This document shows, in pieces, positions 56,582 to 64,000 of a stretch of 64,000 nt of DNA (positions are counted from its first letter, which is position 1; each line of letters starts with the position of its first letter). The notes below the pieces were generated by a model that was not told where the DNA came from, made no database searches, and saw nothing but the letters and a program-made list of their open reading frames with translations. Origin of the DNA: Candidatus Latescibacterota bacterium (GTDB lineage Bacteria; Latescibacterota; UBA2968); assembly GCA_965208125.1 (NCBI GenBank), contig OZ242320.1, forward strand, positions 1,728,001-1,792,000, written 5' to 3'. A program made the position numbers and the translations under genes.

Positions 56582-56836
56582 ATGAAAGACCCCAACACTC
56601 ACAAACCCTCATCCCTCAGCCAGGCCTACCGCAGTGTCGGACCCTATTTAACCCTGGGCATCCAACTCATCGCCACAATATTGCTATGTGTATTCGCGGG
56701 ACATTGGGCAGACGGCAAATTTGACACCGCGCCCCTGTGGACCTTAATCGGTGGCCTGTTAGGCATTGCCGCGGGATTTTACCACTTCTTCAAAGCCGTC
56801 TTAAAAATAGACCGCAAATCGGAGGAAGATAAGTGA
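56582..56836 (+). CDS. AtpZ/AtpI (ATPase gene 1) family protein
   Basis: GHWADGKFDTAPLWTLIG; first gene of the atp cluster. Confidence 0.85.
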   Translation: MKDPNTHKPSSLSQAYRSVGPYLTLGIQLIATILLCVFAGHWADGKFDTAPLWTLIGGLLGIAAGFYHFFKAVLKIDRKSEEDK

Positions 56837-57222
56837 GATCTTTCGTCAAACAAATTGCCGTCGTCTTATTGGTCGCGTGGGTCCTCGGAGGCTACCCCCT
56901 CTACCTCTGGCAGGGAACAGATATACTCATTGCCGCAGGGATTGGTTGTGCGATCTGCACGCTAAATGCACTCGCCGGTGCCTATCTCGCACTGTGGGGC
57001 ATGCGCCGGGATAACCGCACATTTATGACCGTCGTATTCGGCGGAATGGGGATTCGCCTAATTATTGTACTGATTTTCTTTTTTGTCGCACTAAAATTAG
57101 TTAAACTTCACGTTTTTAGCTTGACTCTTTCACTATTTTTATTTTACGTAGTATTTCAGATTTTAGAGATTCGGTTCTTCGTTGGGCGCCCGCCCGACAA
57201 AGCCAATAATTCAGGAGTCTGA
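56833..57222 (+). CDS. atpI: ATP synthase protein I-like membrane protein
   Basis: Four TM segments, GGMGIRL motif, position before atpB. Confidence 0.7.
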   Translation: MRSFVKQIAVVLLVAWVLGGYPLYLWQGTDILIAAGIGCAICTLNALAGAYLALWGMRRDNRTFMTVVFGGMGIRLIIVLIFFFVALKLVKLHVFSLTLSLFLFYVVFQILEIRFFVGRPPDKANNSGV

Positions 57223-57225
57223 CGG

Positions 57226-58023
57226 ATGGCAGCACAGGCAGAGGAGCAAAGCAGCGGCAGTTTCATCCTCGAGCATATCACAGACCATCACGAGCTTCAC
57301 CTCGGTCCACTCCATATCCCTTTACCCCATATTGAGCTTTTTGGCATTGATATGTCCATCACCGGCCACCTGGTCATGATGTGGGTCGCCTCTCTATTAC
57401 TCATTCTCACCCTGACTATCTCCACAAAACGACGCGGACTCATACCCTCGGGCTTTGCCAATGCGATTGAAGCCATCGCCATATTTATCCGCGACGACGT
57501 CGCCATACCCAACCTGGGAGAACGGGACGGGCCGAAATACATGCCGTTCTTAATGACCGTCTTCTTCTTTATCCTCGTCTGCAACCTATTGGGATTAATA
57601 CCCTTTGGACAAACCGCAACCGGCAATATCAATGTAACGGCTACACTGGCGGGCATCTCGTTTGCAATGATGCTCGGCGCCGGAATCAAACACAACGGCC
57701 TGTTCGGCTTTTTCAAAGGCTTGATCCCCCCCAATTTGCCAATTGCATTGCTGCCGCTCATGATCCCGCTGGAATTTCTGGGCCTGTTGACCAAACCATT
57801 TGCACTGTGCATTCGTCTCTTTGCCAATATGCTGGCCGGTCACGTCGTAATATTGTCTTTGATCGGCATCATTTTTCTTCTCGGATATTTTGTCATCCCC
57901 ATTTCCATTGCCTTTGCACTGGCAATGTACATGTTGGAAATCTTCATAGGTTTTCTTCAAGCTTATGTATTCACGCTCCTGACCGCCCTGTTTGTGGGCC
58001 TGTGTATTCATCAGGAGCATTGA
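57226..58023 (+). CDS. atpB: F0F1 ATP synthase subunit a
   Basis: NLLGLIP, IRLFANMLAGH and LQAYVF motifs. Confidence 0.97.
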   Translation: MAAQAEEQSSGSFILEHITDHHELHLGPLHIPLPHIELFGIDMSITGHLVMMWVASLLLILTLTISTKRRGLIPSGFANAIEAIAIFIRDDVAIPNLGERDGPKYMPFLMTVFFFILVCNLLGLIPFGQTATGNINVTATLAGISFAMMLGAGIKHNGLFGFFKGLIPPNLPIALLPLMIPLEFLGLLTKPFALCIRLFANMLAGHVVILSLIGIIFLLGYFVIPISIAFALAMYMLEIFIGFLQAYVFTLLTALFVGLCIHQEH

Positions 58024-58287
<264 letters not shown>

Positions 58288-58325
58288 ACCGCGCGAACCA
58301 AACGCGGTGAAAGAGAGACATAACA

Positions 58326-58820
58326 ATGGATTTGTTGAGTCCAAACCCCGGCTTGATCATCTGGACGCTCGTCACATTTGTGCTCGTTTTGCTCGTTTTG
58401 AAGAAATTTGTTTGGGGACCGTTATTATCGGCACTCGACCAGCGAGAAACGCGCATCCGAGAAGCACTTGAGCAAGCCGAAAAAGCGCGTGCCGAAGCCG
58501 AAAGAGCCGCCGAAGAGAACAAACAGGCACTCGCACAGGCACAGACCGAGGCGCAAGCTGCGATAAACAAAGCGCGCGAAGACGCCGAACAGGTCGCTCG
58601 GGACGTGCAAGCACGCGCCGAAGCCGACGCTCAGCAACTTCTCGAACAGGCGCGTCGCACCATTCAACAAGAGCGCAATCAGGCCCTTCAGACATTGCGT
58701 CAGCAAACAGCCGAACTGGCGATTCTCGCTGCCGGACAATTGCTGGAGGAAAATTTGGACGACGAGCACAACAAAAAAATCGTAGATGATTTCATCAACC
58801 GCATGCCAGAACATTCCTGA
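58326..58820 (+). CDS. atpF: F0F1 ATP synthase subunit b
   Basis: N-terminal TM segment, WGPL..ALDQRE, long coiled coil. Confidence 0.95.
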   Translation: MDLLSPNPGLIIWTLVTFVLVLLVLKKFVWGPLLSALDQRETRIREALEQAEKARAEAERAAEENKQALAQAQTEAQAAINKAREDAEQVARDVQARAEADAQQLLEQARRTIQQERNQALQTLRQQTAELAILAAGQLLEENLDDEHNKKIVDDFINRMPEHS

Positions 58821-58834
58821 GTTCGGAGTTTGTT

Positions 58835-59374
58835 GTGAGCCAATCAGCCGTTTCCATCCGATACACCAGCGCACTGATCGACGCCGCGCAAGAAAGCGGG
58901 GTATTGGATCGGGTTGAAGCCGATGTGCAGGCATTATTGGACTTATTGCACGCCTCGGAAGATTTGCGGGGATTTGTCGCAGATCCGATGATGCGATCCG
59001 AGCAAAAGCGCGCGGTATTGAACAATTTGTTCGCCGGAAAAATTGAGGACATAACCCTCAGATTTTTGCTATTGCTGTGCGATAATCGCCGCGAGCGCGT
59101 ATTGCCCGAGATATTGTCGGATTTCCTATCCGTATTGGAAGACCAGCGCGGCCAGGCCACGGCTCAGGTGACGGTTGCTGCCCCCCTGTCCTCTGAACAG
59201 GAAACGCAATTAATTGCAAAACTCTCGACCTATTCTGGCAAGCAAGTGCGATTGGAAACCACAATAGACGAACAGTTAAAAGCCGGGTTTGTGGTGCGAC
59301 TCGGCGACCGTGTATTTGATGGCACACTGGCCACGCAACTCAACCGATTGCGACAGCGCCTCGTGTCTGATTAA
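58835..59374 (+). CDS. atpH: F1 subunit delta
   Basis: RYTSAL, AAPLS and GDRVFDG motifs. Confidence 0.95.
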   Translation: MSQSAVSIRYTSALIDAAQESGVLDRVEADVQALLDLLHASEDLRGFVADPMMRSEQKRAVLNNLFAGKIEDITLRFLLLLCDNRRERVLPEILSDFLSVLEDQRGQATAQVTVAAPLSSEQETQLIAKLSTYSGKQVRLETTIDEQLKAGFVVRLGDRVFDGTLATQLNRLRQRLVSD

Positions 59375-59392
59375 AAGTAAGGCAGGCAAAAC

Positions 59393-60910
59393 ATGGCGAC
59401 GAATTTACAGATTCGCCCCGACGAAATTTCGGCGCTGCTCAAACAGCAAATCCTGGACTCCAGGACTGAAATAGACGTCTATGAAAGCGGCACCGTACAG
59501 CAGGTGGGCGATGGCGTGGCCCGCGTGCAGGGGCTGGGCAACGTGCAGACCAGCGAACTGGTCGAATTTCCCAACGGTATTATGGGGATGGCGCTCAACC
59601 TCGAAGAAGACAACGTGGGCTGTGTGTTATTTGGCGATGACACATTGATCCGCGAAGGCGACGAGGCCAAACGCACCGGACGCATTGCCGAAGTGCCCGT
59701 GGGCGAAGCCCTCCTCGGTCGCGTGGTAAATCCACTCGGCATGCCAATAGACGGCAAAGGCCCAATCAACCCCGAAGCAACACTGCCCATTGAACGCAAG
59801 GCTCCAGGCGTCATTGAGCGACAGCCCGTAACCGAAGCCCTGATGACCGGATTAAAAGTAATCGACTCAACCGTGCCAATCGGGCGGGGGCAGCGCGAAC
59901 TGATCATCGGCGACCGGCAAACGGGCAAAACGGCGATTGGCGTCGATACCATCATCAACCAGAAAGACAGCGATGTAAAGTGCATTTATGTCGCCATTGG
60001 GCAAAAAGCTTCTACAGTGGCCAAAGTCGTGGCCGAACTGGAAGCCAATGGCGCAATGGAATACACCATTGTCGTATCGGCCACAGCCAGTGAACCCGCC
60101 CCGCTTCAATTCCTATCACCCTATTCGGGCTGCTCAATGGGCGAGTATTTCCGCGACAAGGGCGAACACGCACTGATCATTTACGATGACTTGTCCAAAC
60201 AGGCGTGGGCTTACCGCGAAATGTCCCTGGTATTGCGCCGCCCGCCGGGCCGCGAAGCCTATCCCGGCGACGTATTTTATTTGCACTCGCGCCTGCTCGA
60301 GCGCGCCGCCAAAATGAGCGACGAACAGGGCGCAGGTTCGCTCACCGCATTGCCCGTCATTGAAATTCTGGAAGGCGATGTCTCCACCTTTGTACCCACC
60401 AATGTAATATCGATCACCGATGGGCAGATCCTGCTCAAACCCGAGTTGTTCTACGCGGGTATCCGCCCCGCCATGGACGTGGGCGCGTCCGTATCGCGCG
60501 TGGGCAGTTCCGCACAGACGAGCGCGATGAAAGCCGTTGCCAGAACCATCAAAGCCGACATCTCGCGCTACAACGAAGTCAAAGCCTTTGCGATGTTCGG
60601 CACAGAAGGCCTGGATGCCTCAACCCAGAATTTGCTGAACCACGGCGAAAAACTAATCGAAATTCTCAAGCAAGATCAGTATTCCCCAATGTCGCTGGAA
60701 GAGCTCACCGTGGCACTTTTTGCCGCTAATCTGGTCGATGATTTGCCCACCGAAGACGTGCGGCGCTTCGAGCGAGAATTGCTGGCGCATATCGGCCACA
60801 GTGAGTTGATGGAAGAAATCCGCGAAAGCGAAGACTTGAGCGACGAAAACGCCGAAAAGCTCACAGAAATAATTGAGAACTTTAAGCGCGGCTTCCGCGT
60901 ATCGGTATAA
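59393..60910 (+). CDS. atpA: F1 subunit alpha
   Basis: GDRQTGKT; [23 protein letters not shown]. Confidence 0.98.
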   Translation: MATNLQIRPDEISALLKQQILDSRTEIDVYESGTVQQVGDGVARVQGLGNVQTSELVEFPNGIMGMALNLEEDNVGCVLFGDDTLIREGDEAKRTGRIAEVPVGEALLGRVVNPLGMPIDGKGPINPEATLPIERKAPGVIERQPVTEALMTGLKVIDSTVPIGRGQRELIIGDRQTGKTAIGVDTIINQKDSDVKCIYVAIGQKASTVAKVVAELEANGAMEYTIVVSATASEPAPLQFLSPYSGCSMGEYFRDKGEHALIIYDDLSKQAWAYREMSLVLRRPPGREAYPGDVFYLHSRLLERAAKMSDEQGAGSLTALPVIEILEGDVSTFVPTNVISITDGQILLKPELFYAGIRPAMDVGASVSRVGSSAQTSAMKAVARTIKADISRYNEVKAFAMFGTEGLDASTQNLLNHGEKLIEILKQDQYSPMSLEELTVALFAANLVDDLPTEDVRRFERELLAHIGHSELMEEIRESEDLSDENAEKLTEIIENFKRGFRVSV

Positions 60911-60915
60911 AAACT

Positions 60916-60986
60916 GGGACGGCACAGGGGCCGTCCCCTACACGGACACGACCATTGCATGTAGGGGCGACCCCCTGTGGTCGCCC
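60916..60986. repeat. Pair of oppositely oriented GTAG-family REP palindromes between atpA and atpG
   Basis: Reverse complement GTAGGGGACGGCCCCTGTGCCGTCCC (60916-60941) and GTAGGGGCGACCCCCTGTGGTCGCCC (60961-60986). Confidence 0.75.
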
Positions 60987-61003
60987 GCGACAAAGGACCG
61001 GAT

Positions 61004-63240
<2,237 letters not shown>

Positions 63241-63243
63241 AAA

Positions 63244-63648
63244 ATGGCCACCTTCCAATTAGACATCGTAACACCCGAAAAAACCGTGTACTCCGGTGAA
63301 ATTGAGCATTTTCAAGCGCCGGGTGTTGACGGCAGCTTTGGCGTACTGGCGCGCCACCAACCCATGCTGGCCGCACTGGGCATTGGTCGGGTCGGCTTCC
63401 GAGAAGCAGACGGCACCGAGCGCACCCTCGCCATCAGCGGCGGCTTCGCCAATGTATCGGGGGATGGCGCAACCATCCTCGCAGAAGCAGCCGAATTTGG
63501 CGATGAGATCGACATAGAACGCGCCCGCGCTGCGCGAGACCGCGCACAAGAGCGATTGGACAATCGCACGCCAGACGTAGATGTAGAACGCGCACAAAAT
63601 GCACTGGCACGGTCGTTTATGCGGCTGCGTGTATCTGGAACCGAGTAA
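63244..63648 (+). CDS. atpC: F1 subunit epsilon
   Basis: LDIVTPE, GVLARH and SGGF motifs. Confidence 0.96.
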   Translation: MATFQLDIVTPEKTVYSGEIEHFQAPGVDGSFGVLARHQPMLAALGIGRVGFREADGTERTLAISGGFANVSGDGATILAEAAEFGDEIDIERARAARDRAQERLDNRTPDVDVERAQNALARSFMRLRVSGTE

Positions 63649-63668
63649 TATTTCTATAAATAGGAATG

Positions 63669-63703
63669 AAAAAGCACGCTCTGTTTAGAGCGTGCTTTTT
63701 TTT
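63669..63703 (+). terminator. atp operon Rho-independent terminator
   Basis: AAAAGCACGCTCT-GTTT-AGAGCGTGC-T8. Confidence 0.9.
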
Positions 63704-63769
63704 CACAGGATGACTATTTTTTTGTATATAAATCCCAAATCTATACATTCACAGCGATTGAAAGGATAA

Positions 63770-64000
<231 letters not shown>

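Overview
Bacterial chromosomal window. The gene repertoire suggests an FCB-group/Latescibacterota-like organism, probably host- or sponge-associated (inference): FlgD/T9SS-type sorting domain, dockerin-LRR proteins, two DUF6785-like membrane proteins, a sulfatase and a giant repeat autotransporter. The housekeeping backbone comprises rnd, yigZ, msrB, a PfkB kinase, a BtuF-like protein, an enolase-family dehydratase, a PQQ dehydrogenase and a complete canonical atpZIBEFHAGDC operon. It is interleaved with accessory islands. (1) 1-4.5 kb: a cohesin/T9SS-CTD adaptor gene flanked by two dockerin-bearing LRR proteins; one has 66-bp LRR units with a near-invariant framework and hypervariable binding face. 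(2) 5-7 kb and 14.8-16.4 kb: junction zones made of truncated genes (SymE, restriction nuclease, patatin, TonB receptor, HigA). (3) A UGSC selenoprotein split by the ORF caller. (4) A 3136-aa adhesin whose upstream region contains short diverged copies of three neighbouring genes. (5) A solo TnpB IS200/IS605 element. (6) Several toxin-antitoxin loci, including a Panacea pair that truncates a VapC. (7) A compositionally distinct three-gene cyclic-nucleotide module: STAND-TPR cyclase, SulP-STAS-cNMP transporter and MBL hydrolase. The best candidates for an undescribed system are the cohesin-dockerin LRR display locus and the cyclase/cNMP-gated SulP/MBL operon. All family assignments are from motif recognition; no database search was run.
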